NCBI RefSeq assembly: GCF_006345805.1
Contig: NW_021836135.1
Coordinates: 1-64,000 of the forward strand
Direction: 5' to 3'
Origin: Octopus sinensis
Lineage: Eukaryota
DNA: 64,000 bases
The position numbers and the translations under genes are program-made. The notes beneath the pieces were generated by a model that made no database searches, was not told the DNA's origin, and saw only the letters and a list, made by a program, of their open reading frames with translations. This document shows, one piece after another, positions 35,701 through 48,832 of this stretch (positions are counted from its first letter, which is position 1; every line of letters starts with the position of its first letter).

Positions 35701-37559
35701 GTTTGGTGCTTATCAATTACAAATTTAAATGTTAAACTCCTTATTGTATTTCTTCTTTCCAAAACTAAAAAAAAAAAAATACTTAGAATAAAATTATGTT
35801 CATGGGATGGTTCATTATCTTCATAATCATACCAACTGGCAACACAATAATTACAAACATTTCCTTCAAATAAATCAGTATCATTTCAATGGCATGTCCA
35901 AATGATTCAAGACCCAAGTTAAATGACCAGCTAGTCAGTATAGACAGGATGGTGAACACTAGAAAATGAATTTGATTAATAAACATCAGGTGAGCCAGTA
36001 ATAATAGATAGGGATATATCTTGTGAGTTAGAATTCATCCATCCGAATGTGTGAAATAAATTGTTGAAATGAAACTACTTGAAAAACCAAGTAAATCATA
36101 CATGGCATATTGTCTCTGCAATATATCAATGATGGTCAGAAGAGTTCAGCAATAACAAGAACTGTTCATCCCCATCTTTCACACAAAGCAAATCGCAAGT
36201 TTTCCAACTAAAATATACAAGGTATTAAAGCCATACCTGTAAAGTATCTATTTCAGTGGTTAATTTACCATCAAACTACCATTCCAAACTTAATGCAAGT
36301 GAATATTAAAATTTTTTGGTGACTTCATTCTGCTACTTTCTTTGATTATAATAAATGCACTGGTTGTGTAGCTGAAAGGGTGAGATGCAGTAGTAAGTTG
36401 ATTGGTATCATAGGTTCAAACCTTAATCATTGCTATATACTACTGCATGAATCAGTGAACCTTTCCTTGAGATTAGCACCATTCTTAATTCACGGTTAAA
36501 TGATAAGTAGCGTAAAAACTGCCATCTGTAAAAATTTCCACTGATTCACGTTCAAATGTTTGAATCTGAAGAACTACCCAATACATCAAATGAGCAAAAA
36601 GGATATAAAATAGTATCACATTTAGACTTCTAAATCAATAACATAAATAAAATTAGTAATGAAAAAGGAAACCATTACTGTAATTGTATGTATATGAATG
36701 ATTTTTATGAGCTATTTCAATGATTTTTATGTGCTATTTGATTTTGAGAACTTTAGCTAAAGAGTAATTTATGCGTTATTTGACATTTATTTACCTAAGC
36801 TAACATGAGTGGGATGATTTGGCAATATAAAATATATGGATAAGTTTGTATATAAATGTACACATGTAAATCTATCTCCAAAATTAACCACTAACACACC
36901 GTCTCAGTTCTTTATTTAATATACATAGATGTACATACAAAAACACATATATATTTATGCATGCATGCATGTGCATATACTCCAATGCAAGGAATGAAGT
37001 TTGAAATCTGAAAAGACTTATTTGTATAAATTTGCATTTTTAAAATTTCATTATATCATAGAACTCAGTATTATCAAGTAACATATCAAAGATAGCTGAA
37101 TTACATCTCTTTTCTGGCAAACACCACCAGATGGTGAAGATAGCTGAATTACATCAGTTTGATGATATAGGCCACCAGGTGGCCTGACAGCCGATACCTA
37201 TATATTCCAGTGCTTGGCACCCTCAGCCTCTCTCTTTTGCCTAAAGGCCACAGACCATATGCTGTTACCACTGTTCTAATGACATGTACCTAAGCCAATT
37301 TCTTATCGTTACCCAAATGATACCTGCTATGAATATTTTACAGTGAGTGCCAGCCATGAACTGAATGTGTTTTCTACTGTACACACATTTCTGTTACTTT
37401 TGCAATCTTCTCCCATGACAAAGAAGCTCATACTGGTCATTCAAAGAGACCCGAGACACAAAGAGACTTGATTTTTTACATAATGTAAAAGCTGTGGTTG
37501 TACCATCCTTTCTAATAAATTTTATTTATTATAGTAAAACAATCTTCATCATTTTCTAC

Positions 37560-37860
37560 ACACTTGACATGCTAAAATCTCTTCCACCCTCTTTTGTTCT
37601 GAGGTAGAATCTGTTGATACCACTGTTCTTGTGGAAATCTGCAGCTGATGCCAGGATCTTGTGGAATTTTTTTATGTTGATAGTCAAGTATCCCAAATTT
37701 GGTATCAGTATGGGTACTGCAAATGCCTTGTAGGATATTGTTTTGTATTATTGTAAAAGTAAAGCTCTGTCTACCATATCTTTTTAAGTTTGGTGTAATA
37801 TCTTTGATTACTCTACCCTTGCTTATAGTACCTTTGTATGATATATTTTAATCAATACAT
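37560..37860 (-). mobile_element. Decayed R4/Dong-like LINE fragment (post-RT)
   Basis: KAFAVPILIP..KILASAADFHKNSGINRFYLRTKEGGR resembles the R4-clade pattern HPKSDVDRLYLPRKEGGRGL. Confidence 0.55.
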
Positions 37861-38865
37861 ATGTATTTGTAACAATCATTCAAGAACCAGAGGAATTAGA
37901 GAGAAACTACAGACATAAGATTCAGAGTTTGGACAGCTTTTCCATGTATGTATGTATGAAAGCATGAATTGCGAGTGTAAAAATGTTGAGAATTTGCTAC
38001 AAAAATGCATTTTTTTAAAGAACGCACTAGGAAAAACATAAAAGGAAATGACTTAGTCAATCATGAGCTGTTGTTGGCCTTATGAATTACATGAAGCAGG
38101 ACTAAGTAACCTGATGAAATATTGTGATACAGACTCCAGTCCAACTCAAACAAACATGAACAAATAGTTGCGAGAGTAATTATGAAGATGATTACTGATA
38201 GTAGAGGTAATCTTACTGAAGTACAAAATACGAAATATATATAATAATGAAAATTTTATTTTTCTCTTTCAGACAGAAATGTAATTAAAATTGAAATAAC
38301 TTTCCCATTCTTACCCGGCCTACACTCCAAAATATACTAAAGAAATAGAATCGGTATATTCTCATATTTCAGTTTATTTTCCATCATATGTAAAGATAAC
38401 TGTATGAAACAAGGAAAAAAAAAAAAGTGATCGTATTTAATTGTAAATTTCACAGTTCTGTTGCTATGCAGAATCTGATGTTGTAAGCATTGTTGCTCAG
38501 TGAGCAGAAAAATAATTTAAACAGCCTACTGGTGAGTTTGTGTCAAAGCATTGCTGGTTATTGTGTATATGATATGTCTTTTGTTATAAAGACAATGTAT
38601 CAACATTTAGGAAATTTAATGGTTAGTGACTGAAACAGTTACTGATAAATGTGTAGAAGCAATATTAATCTTAGTCACGCTACTGTAAGATGCAACATTT
38701 CTCATAAACTTCTCTTCATACTTTTAAATAGATAAAATGTATTAGAATTATACAGGTCAGAAGGAACTTGCTTACAAAGATCAGCTATATTTTGTAGATA
38801 AATAATTTCCTGTCATTTAACAAGGAAACTATTAATAAGTTGTGATAGATCAGAAGTAAATCCAC

Positions 38866-38901
<36 letters not shown>

Positions 38902-39239
38902 CATACATATATACTACTCACAAAATTTAGCAGTCCCATCAGTAAATTGTCAGTTTGTTAATCTTTAACTAGCCTCAAAATAATAACCACAAATTAATAT
39001 TTTACATATGCATATGTAATTTTTGGGACTAATAGGTATTTGTCAATTAGTGTGTTGAGGTGTTGAGTAAAGCACTAGCATGGTTTGGGCTACCTGGTGT
39101 CATCCACAGTTGGGGTATATTTCCATTGGATCTACTTCAGGAATTCTGTAGTGTTGGTTGAGATAATAATCGATTAATGAAACAGAAGATAGATTTGGTA
39201 TTAGTCTTCATTCCATACAACAATCATTTCGATCCATTA

Positions 39240-39499
39240 CTTGTTGGGAAAGAATGCTACTGTTATTTAGCCCTAGGAAACACTGCTTCCTGTTGGATTT
39301 GACACATTTCCTGTGTCCGTATGTTTTCAAAGTGGAGACAAGCACCTCCATCCAGCAAAACCAGCAACCAGAGACTAGTTTCAGAGTCATTGCTCATTGA
39401 CAGCTAGCAAGCCATGCTACTCTGGACTGATGATGAGCAACGACTCTGAAACTAGTCTCTGGTTGCTGGTTTTGCTGGGCGGAGGTGCTTGTCTCCACT
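39240..39499. mobile_element. Family F repeat ending in a 67-bp-arm inverted repeat (inverted pseudo-LTR)
   Basis: Arms 39331-39397 and 39432-39499 differ at only about three internal positions. Confidence 0.65.
39422..39462 (+). ncRNA. Minimal type I hammerhead ribozyme motif
   Basis: ctgga CTGATGA t-gag-caacga-ctc-t GAA ACTAGT C tctgg. Helix I is 5 bp (two G-U), palindromic helix III ACTAGT, GUC site. Confidence 0.62.
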
Positions 39500-39504
39500 C
39501 TTGT

Positions 39505-39655
39505 CTCTACATTTTGAGTTCAAATTATGCCGAGGTTGACTTTGCCTTTCCTCTTTTCGGGGTCAATAAATTAAGTACCAGTTGCGTTTGGGGTTGATCT
39601 AATTGACTGGGCCCCTCCCAAGTTTTAGGCCCTGTGCCTATAGTAGAAAGGATTA
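39505..39655 (+). mobile_element. SINE family A type-2, 5'-truncated
   Basis: gagttcaaattatgccgagg...ggccctgtgcctatagtagaaagg(att)n. Confidence 0.75.
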
Positions 39656-39662
39656 TTATTAT

Positions 39663-39695
<33 letters not shown>

Positions 39696-39705
39696 TATTA
39701 TTATC

Positions 39706-41110
39706 ATATTGTCTTTGTACAGCTTCTAATGCTGGATATGCACTACAGTGTCAGCTGTTCACTATCAGTGAAGTAAGGTAACACCCTTTAGTTTTTGAGC
39801 ACCATCTGAAGTATTCAAGTAGTTCCAAGCAGTGCTGTTTTCTGCAAGTGTTCCACCCTTACTGCAGTCCCTATTTGTTCCATGTACTTCTCAAGATTTT
39901 TACTCACTGTTCCCAGGGTTATGACATTTATTAGTACTACTACCACATTTTTCAGCGAGCACAACTGCTTAACCTCCCAAGCTAACCTCTCTCTCTCTCT
40001 CTTTACTCTTTTACTTGTTTCAGTCATTTGCCTGCGGCCATGCTGGAGCACCGCCTTTAGTCAACAAATCGAACCCGGGACTTATTCTTTGTAAGCCCAG
40101 TACTTATTCTATCGGTCTCTTTTGCCGAACCGCTAAGTGACGGGGACGTAAACACACCTGCATCGGTTGTCAAGCAATGCTAGGGACACACACAGACACA
40201 CAAACACACAAACATACACACACATACATATATACGAAAGGCTTCTTTCAGTTTTCGTCTACCAAATCCACTCACAAGGCATTGGTCGGCCCGAGGCTAT
40301 AGCAGAAGACACTTGCCCAAGATGCCACACAGTGGGACTGAACCCGGAACCATGTGGTTGGTAAGCAAGCTACTTACCACACAGTCATTCCTGTCGACTT
40401 TTCTTTCTTCCTTATCGCATACCTTGTCAGCTGGGCAAGCTATATCTATGATCCAGCATTTCTTTCTCAACAGTGTTTGGTTTGCTATTCCCTATCTCAT
40501 AGTTGCATTGAATCATAAAATCCCATCGGATCTTTGCATTATCATTTTTGATGATGCCTTTGGGTTTATGTTCATACCTCTTTTTTGCTCTGTCAATTCC
40601 ATACTTGCTGCCAAGTGTCCAATGGACAATCCTTGCTATATTGTCATAACATCTCTTAAATTCTTTCTGAGCTAGTGGCGTACATTGATTTATTATAGCC
40701 AGGTGTTCTTCCTGTTGCAACCTTACATGATTTTTACATAATGAATCTTTTATTCCACTGGTCTTTGACAGCACAGTTGTAATGTCAACAAGGAATGCCA
40801 ACATTATATCACAACATTCTTCTGAATTTATGACAAGCGAAGCTTCAAAATGTCAATATTTGCACACACACAATGGGCTTCCTTCCAGTTTCTGTTAACC
40901 AATTCTTCTCACAAGGCATTGGTTGGCTCTGTAGAAGACACTTGCCAAGAGATATGGTTTCAGCATTTTGTCCACAAATTCTGCACTTATCCCTTTCTGA
41001 TGTGTTGTCTATTCTGTTTTTGATGTAATTCATTCTTAATACTTGCTCAGAGGCAGCATAGATTAGAGCCTCTTTTTCCTGTTTTAAATTACTTTTAGTC
41101 ATCCATAGCC
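39706..41110 (-). mobile_element. R4/Dong-clade LINE 3' fragment (CCHC-knuckle region, RLE, 3' UTR), interrupted twice
   Basis: KQEKEALIYAASEQVLRMNYIKNRIDNTSERDKCRICGQNAETI / IINQCTPLAQKEFKRCYDNIARIVHW..NDNAKIRWDFMIQ..KP / HLQKTALLGTT; (TAA)n on both flanks. Confidence 0.85.
39989..40392 (-). mobile_element. SINE family B nested in the R4/Dong LINE
   Basis: Removing it restores cccaagctaacct|gtcgacttttctttc, collinear with the copy at 24310-24350. Confidence 0.85.
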
Positions 41111-42279
41111 AACTTTATTATTATTACTATTATTATTATTACTATTATCATTATTATTATTATTATTATTTTCAATATTTTGATAGAGACAGTGGAATAC
41201 CTGACTAAATGCTTGTTTTCAAACTAGTTCTCAGCAGTTTAAGAACAAATCCTCAGACATTAGTTTCACATATTTAGAGTATATAAAATAAACAGCACTT
41301 ACATTCTATTGGATAAACTCTATTTTCTATGAAATAGGTGATATATGAATTATTCTGGGAATATAATACACACCAAAATTGTTTAAGAGTTATGATATAT
41401 AAGCAATTAATTTGGTATAATTGCATAGCCTCAAATTATTATGCAATCAACTGGAGTGTGTAATTAATCCAATTTGCATAGTAAATAATAAATTATGAAA
41501 TTTCAATATATTATTAGTTGTAAGGTCTAAGTTACAAATGATCCTACAATATGATAAAAAAAGAGAATATTTTTTTTACTTAAAGAACATTTTGTGTAAA
41601 CAGTAATTACTAATGTTCCACCTAGTCTCAGTTAGCTTTCTTATTGCTATGTATTGGCCTAGTAGTCATTTGACTTAACAGTTTTGGTATCTTGTTTTTC
41701 TTTGATATTCTTCAAGTACCCAAGCTACAACAGACTCAAGTGCTATGTTATTCTTCTTGATATTTTGTTGGTCAATAAATTTGTATACATAATTTACTCA
41801 TCATCCACCCAGGGCAAGCCATCTTTTTGTTTTTGTCTGGTTGACATGTGTTGACAGGATATTTGACTTATCCCTGATAAGGTCCTAGTTTTCTTTGATA
41901 TCCTTCAACCATCCAGATTCATATCTCTCAACAATGGCTTTCATTCACTTTAAATTACTCAATGATAAAAATTTAGGATGAGTGGATTCTTAAAAATTTT
42001 AATTGGCCAAATCCCAAAGTATGTATGGTAATGAAAGTAACTAATTAATATTCATTCACTTCTTGATTAAAAACTATCTTATCTCCATATTTTAATAACA
42101 ACGAACTTGATTATATACCAAAATCTAAATTTTGATCATCTGTAAGTCATTGAAAGGATATGAATAATTTGAATAAATTTGATGTTGATATTGTGTGTTT
42201 GCAAACAGGAAGTACTCACTACTCTCTTTTAGACTCATCATGTAAACATGATTTCAAAATTACTTTTCTTCATTCAATA

Positions 42280-42596
42280 TTCAATTTCCATGCTAGCACA
42301 GGCTGTAGAGAGATTTATTATAGCCAGGTGTTCTTCCTGTTGCAAACTTACATGATTTTCACATAACAGATCTTTTATTCCACTGGCCTTTGACAGCACA
42401 GTTGTAATGTCAATAAGGAATGCCAACATTATATCACAACATTCTGCTGAGATTATGACAAGTAAAGCTTCAAAATGTCAATATTTGCACACACATACAC
42501 ACAATAGGCTTCCTTCCAGTTTCTGTCAACCAATTCTTCTTTTTCATGGCATTGGCTCTGTAGAATACACTTGCCAAGAGATGTGCAATGGGACTT
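42280..42596 (-). mobile_element. Old hybrid SINE (B head plus RTE tail); near-duplicate of 40687-40953
   Basis: Shares idiosyncratic decayed sequence atttattatagccaggtgttcttcctgttgcaa...cttgccaagagat with the 40.7-kb copy. Confidence 0.6.
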
Positions 42597-43649
42597 CATA
42601 ATTATTCAGTCTGCAACTTTTCATAGTAAATCAAATGTTTGGTTTTATGATACATTTATTTTCTTTACTATATAACTCAAGAAAGTATTAAGTAATTAAC
42701 AGAGATCACAATTAACTAATCAAAAATATTTTAAATTTAAGTTCTTAGATGGTAAAAAAATAATGTTTTTCATGATGTTTGAAGTATCAACATAATGTCT
42801 CCAAAAATCAGTAACTATATTTCATTTTCATTGCATAAAGTTACACAAGTGTCAGTTATATAGAGAAAGAGAGAACTGTTAGTTAATGAAGCATGATGGT
42901 AACAGAGATAGATGGACCATATATAGATGGACCTATAAAAATGAAGTATTGTTCTGCAGATCTGAGAACTTTCATAACTATAGCTTTATGATAAAAAAAA
43001 TATATATATATTCTAGTGTTTCTCTTTTTTTTTCTTTTTAATGATAGAGAAGGTATTTTTCAGTAAAAGATATAAGTAAATGCACTTGGAACTTTATAAG
43101 TTTATATCTAATCTCAAAATTAACTAAATGCAACAGTATAGTCATAAAAAGGATAGCAGTGGTTTTGATTAAATATATAAACTGGATAATTTATTGGTTA
43201 TATGGATTGGTAATGTCAGTGTATTTTGCTTGTCATTACCACAGCACCACTGCCACATCTACTGGGAAATCAAGGGCATCCTAGATTCTCATTTCAGAGG
43301 TTTTATGTTTATTATCTCCATTATTATTACGTTTCAAAAAACTTCCATTTTTTAATCGTAATGTGAGAACTATGACAAAAGATTTCATTATTAAATTTTT
43401 AAAAAAAATCTAGAGCAGTGGAGATAGCCACAGATAAATGATCAGATAGTTTGTTGGGTAAAGTTCAATGTTTCAGTTTTTGAATAAAAAAAACAAAAAG
43501 GTTGACTTTGATTCCCGTCGTTCATAAAATAATAACCAGTAATACATTGCACTCCATGCAGTTAAAATGTTTGGTTCACTTTACACAACACCTCAAAAGT
43601 AAATAAATGAAATAAGTCACTGAATAAAGGAATTGTGTCGAAGGATATA

Positions 43650-43670
43650 ATAATGATGATGATGATGATG

Positions 43671-43724
<54 letters not shown>

Positions 43725-43780
43725 TAATAATAATAATAATAGTAATAATAATAATGTTGATGATGATTATGATGATCTTC
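43650..43780. repeat. Compound (GAT)n/(TAA)n microsatellite
   Basis: Directly visible. Confidence 0.95.
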
Positions 43781-43923
43781 TGATTCTAAGTCAGATGCCT
43801 TATCCATTAAACCATGTGGGCCAACAGAGTTCATATATTTTTTTCTTATCAGCACTTTTTCACCTTTCTGCTTTTTTTTACCTTTTTTTATTATTTCATC
43901 TCAAAACTATTATGCTCTTCTCA

Positions 43924-43961
<38 letters not shown>

Positions 43962-45156
43962 TGTGGTATTTATCTCAAATTAAATAGAGAAAATACAATT
44001 TCACTTGATGAAGAAAATGAAAAAACATCTTGCCTGAACTTTCCACTCAATGAAAGACATAAATAAAGCTGAGCTGATTATTTTTGACTTTAATCTTGTT
44101 TATATTCCGTTGCTTTCATTTTTATCCTATTTTACTGTTATTTACTAGTTTTTCTGTTGAAAAATTTAAAAAAAATCAAAGATAATGATCATATCTGTTA
44201 TTTTCTTCCTCTGTAAGATATTTTTTTTTTTTACCTCTTAACTCATTATTCTCTTTATCATTCTAATTTCCCTCTCTCTTTCAATTTCACTTTCTTCCTC
44301 TCATTCAATCTGTCTTTCCCCCTTTCATCTGCAACCTCTATTTTGTTTTTCTCTGTCATGATCTATCACTTTCTCTCCCTTCGCTTCTCAGTTTATTTTT
44401 ACCTTTTTCATTCCCTATACTCTCTTCATATCTATTTTTATTATTGTTTCAGATCTCTCTCTCTCTCTCTCTCACATGCATGCAAACACTCACTCTAAAA
44501 AATATATTTGAATCTCTCTTCTATCTATCTCATCCATAATTATTACTTTTGTCATTCTCTCTCTTTCTCATGTCCCCTTTTCTCTCGACTCCCCTCTCAC
44601 TCTCTTCTGACATTTCTCACATAGACCCACTCTCTCCTCCCTTTGTTTCTCCATGATTCATGGCTGTTGGAAATAAGAGCCAACAGTAGAAAGATGAAGA
44701 TCTCTTGAGGGCCATAGCAGTCAGAATTGCTGTTTAGATCTGAGATCAGTTAATAGCTGATCTAATGCTATATTCTCAGTAGCATTATGAACATGAAACA
44801 ACATGGAGAGGTGAAATGGTTGGATATAACTTCCTACCGACAATTGAAAGAGCTATTATACTACTTAATTCATTTCATCAGCTGTGATATTTTTTATGCT
44901 TTTTATGATATTTATTTCAACTGTTTTCTTTATATGCATTTTTTTTTTCAGTAAATTTACTGTGATGTAGCTGAATGGAGATAAAAACATAATGGGTAAA
45001 AAAGAAGAAATGTGAATTGTTTGGGTGCATAAAATATTTGTGCAAATACACAATTTTATTCACAATAAAATTAAATACACACACACACATATATATGCTT
45101 GTGTGCATGTGAGTATAAATATATATAGTGAGAGACACAATTTCATATATATATAT

Positions 45157-45216
<60 letters not shown>

Positions 45217-45217
45217 C

Positions 45218-45492
45218 CCATGCTAGCATGGAAAGCGGACGTTAAACGATGATGATGATGATGATGATGATGATATATATATATATATATATAAAGCGGA
45301 CGTTAAACGATGATGATGATGATGATGATGATATATATATATACACATGCGCATGTTATAGACATGCTTGCATTCATCATCATCATCATCATCGTTTAGC
45401 GTCCGTTTTCCATGCTAGCATGGGTTGGACGGTTCTACTGGGGTCTGTGAAGCCAGAAGGCTTCATCAGGCCCAGTCAAATTCAGGCCCAGT
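45218..45492. mobile_element. Tail-to-tail family C 3' fragments with duplicated tail
   Basis: aaagcggacgttaaac(gat)n(TA)n occurs twice on the + strand, followed by a reverse copy at 45375-45492. Confidence 0.8.
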
Positions 45493-45789
45493 CAATATTC
45501 CATCGTCCATCATAATCTTCCTCATTATCATTGTATAAATGCCTATTTTCCTGCTTTCTATGAGAAGAAAGTATAGCTAATTACGCCCATCTCATTGCAT
45601 CATTGTTTCAGTTAAGCCCTGCGTTCGGAAATCTGATATCACAAAGGATCTTCTATATGGTTACTCAAACTGTTAGAATAGCAATGAAATCTCCCATCAA
45701 ATGATACCTACCGACATCAGATAATGTGGTCCTATGTTCCTGGTATACAGGAAAATGACTGAACAATCACGATTGGGTTACCTTTTATT

Positions 45790-46120
45790 ATATGGTTCAC
45801 CTGATTAGGATGGGGCATAATCACAACAGCTTCCTTCAGTACAGTCACCTTCCATTGTCAGACCACATCATTTCACTTCCTTTTGTTGTCTACACATATG
45901 CAAGAAAGACTTCTTGCATATAGCATCTGACATCTTTAATACTCAACCATTCTCTAATCCACCTTCTACTCATGCTCATTAATATTACATAAGCCTGCTT
46001 ATTATCAATTGTTTATCTCAGCATTATCGAATCTTCTGTCTTGTTCAATTTAATCCCTCTGCCATTCACTCTTTTACCATATTTAATAGTCATCCACTCA
46101 CAACATGGTGTCTTCAAAGA
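45790..46120 (-). mobile_element. Decayed RTE LINE C-terminal fragment
   Basis: Broken frames DRRFDNAEI...YARSLSCICVDNKRK resemble the RTE pattern DRIRNAEIR...YARKVLEIEVDGKRKRGRP. Confidence 0.35.
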
Positions 46121-46277
46121 TTATCTCAGGGTAGGTAAATCTTTACATTTCCTTCTTTTTATCTCATAATCAATCATCTCAAGATGGTAATTTAAAACTT
46201 GAAAGATTGTCAAGATAATTTAAAACTCAGAGTATTGTCAAGGTAATTTAAAACTTAAGGTGTTGCCATAGATACCT

Positions 46278-46508
46278 ATTTCTTTATTACCCACAAGGGA
46301 CTAAACACAGAGGGGACAAACAAGGACAGACATAGGTATTAAGTCGATTACATCGACCCCAGGGCGTAACTGATACTTAATTTATCAACTCCGAAAGGAT
46401 GAAAGGCAAAGTTGACCTCGGCAGAATTTGAACTCACAACGTAACACAGACGAAATACCGCTAAGCATTTCGCCCGGCGTGCTAACATTTCTGCCAGCTC
46501 GCCGCCTT
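46278..46508 (-). mobile_element. SINE family A with 11-bp TSD
   Basis: catagatacct at 46267-46277 and 46512-46522. Confidence 0.9.
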
Positions 46509-47549
46509 AGTCATAGATACCTGTTTACTTGTTACTGGTTTTTGCATCTCTTTGTAAGGTAACCAACTACCTATAAACCACTCTATTTGACAAAACTGAA
46601 AGAGACCTCTCTATACAAAAACACTTCGTACTAGAAATATCAACCAAATTTTCCTCAATTAACACTTTATCATCTTATGAAAAAGATATACAGAATAATG
46701 TAGTTGTTGGCATTTAAAAAGACAGCATAGTCATAACTGAAATGTTTTAATCAGTGAGGACATGTGGTTGTCATGATAGTGGCTAAATAACATGATCTAT
46801 GATCTATTTAGCAAGAGCAACTTTCAGTTTGATATTTGTTCTTGCTGTCTTTGAATTTTGTCTGATATTTTTCTATTTCAGTTACTAATATTCCCAACAT
46901 ATAACTCAAAATTTAATGTCATGGCACTTTGTAAACAGTCCTTCTGACCAATGAGAAAACTGGGGTTTAAGAACTAAGGCTATGCTAAGGTGCATGAGGC
47001 TGAGGTTGGGAGAAGGGGCAGAGACAGACACTATAAACTCTCCCCTTCCTCAGCTGTTTCTCGTATACCCCTACCTTTTCTGTCTTCGTTAATAATTTTC
47101 ATTTTTCGAGAATGCATATTTCACAAACTATTCAAGGTAAACATTACTATATGTAGACAATCTACTTGGAAGAATTATGAATTTTGTAGTCAAGAAGGGT
47201 AGTTTGAAGCAACCTATCTGTGTATCCTGCTTAATTTCAAAGACAGTAGAAAAATATGATTCAGTTTATGGTACCTCAGACAAATTTGCCTTTCAAGGTA
47301 CTCTCACTAAATTTTAGGCACTTTTATCTGTGCTTCATTTCTGAGACTACTAAGAAATATCCAAGCAACAGACAAAAATATAACATGATTTTTTTTTTAA
47401 CTATCCTGGCAGTAATCTTGTATCATACTTTCCCAGATATTTTAAGCATCTGTGCACCTATCCCTGATGGACCTATGGCTTTCTCCTTTTTCACACTCTT
47501 CATGACATTACTGATCCAATAAAGACACCAATGATATGCATATGCATGC

Positions 47550-47593
<44 letters not shown>

Positions 47594-47596
<3 letters not shown>

Positions 47597-47825
47597 AAGG
47601 CGGCGAGCTGGCAGAAACGTTAGCACGCCGGGCGAAATGCGTTGCCGTATTTCGTCTGCCGTTATGTTCCGAGTTCAAATTCCGAGGTCGACTTTGCCTT
47701 TCATCCTTCCGGGGTCGATAAATTAAGTACCAGTTACGCACTGGGGTCAATGTAATCGACTTAAGCCGTTTGTCTGTCCTTGTTTGTCTCCTCTGTGTTT
47801 AGCCCCTTGTGGGTAGTAAAGAAAT
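47594..47825 (+). mobile_element. SINE family A in (TA)n
   Basis: Full-length copy aaggcggcgagctggcag...agtaaagaaat. Confidence 0.88.
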
Positions 47826-47845
47826 ATATATATATATATATATAT

Positions 47846-48298
47846 CATCATCATCATCATTGTTTAGCGTCCGTTTTCCATGCTAGCATGGGTTGGACGG
47901 TTCTACTGGGGTCTGTGAAGCCAGAAGGCTTCATCAGGCCCAGTCAAATCTGGCAGTGTTTCTACGGCTGGATGCCCTTCCTAGCGCCAACCACTCCGTG
48001 AGTATAGTAGGTGCTTTTTACGTGCCACCCGCACAGGTGCCAGACAGAGCTGGCAAACGGCCACGAATGGATGGTGCTTTTTATGTGCCACCGGCACGGG
48101 GGCCAGGCGAGGCTGGCAATGGACATGAACGGATGGTGCTTTTTATGTTCCACCGGCACGAGGCCAGTTGGGGCGGCGCTGGTAACGGTCGCGAAACGGA
48201 AGGTTCTCTTACATGCCACCGGCACTGGTAACACATCTGCAATTTCCATTGATCGATTTCGATTCTGATCCTCACTTGCCTCGAAAGATGCCCATCAT
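47846..48298 (-). mobile_element. Family C element with VNTR and head region, (TA)n on both sides
   Basis: Reverse complement closely matches 29414-29814. Confidence 0.88.
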
Positions 48299-48765
48299 TT
48301 ATATATATATATAATATATATATATATATATAAATGATCAGCATCTTTCAGTTTCTTTTTGCCAAATTCATTCAATAGAGTTCTGTTTATCCAGGGGCTA
48401 GAGAAGAAAATAAGATACTTGCACCTGAACCAGAGTCTATATGGTTGGGTGGCAAATTTCTTAACCAGACACCTATGCTTGTGTCAAGATATACCTTATA
48501 TAGAGAAAGTTTGCTATCGTTACAAACTTGTTAGGAAGAAGAAAATTCATTTAAGGAAGTAGTAACTATGAATTGAAATTGATGCAGGATTGAGATGACA
48601 GATAATCCAGCAGGAGAGCTTGTTTAGTGTCAGCAGCATCACAGATATACAGAACCTGGTTGACAATACAAATGGATCTAACTCTAAAACACAAGCCTAC
48701 TCAAATTAAGCAGTGTGAAAACTACAATTATATACACATGTATGTGCTTGTGAGTGTAAATATAC

Positions 48766-48832
<67 letters not shown>

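Noticed and set aside
46186-46258. Three ~28-bp tandem units
   Set aside because: Ordinary short slippage minisatellite with no further structure.
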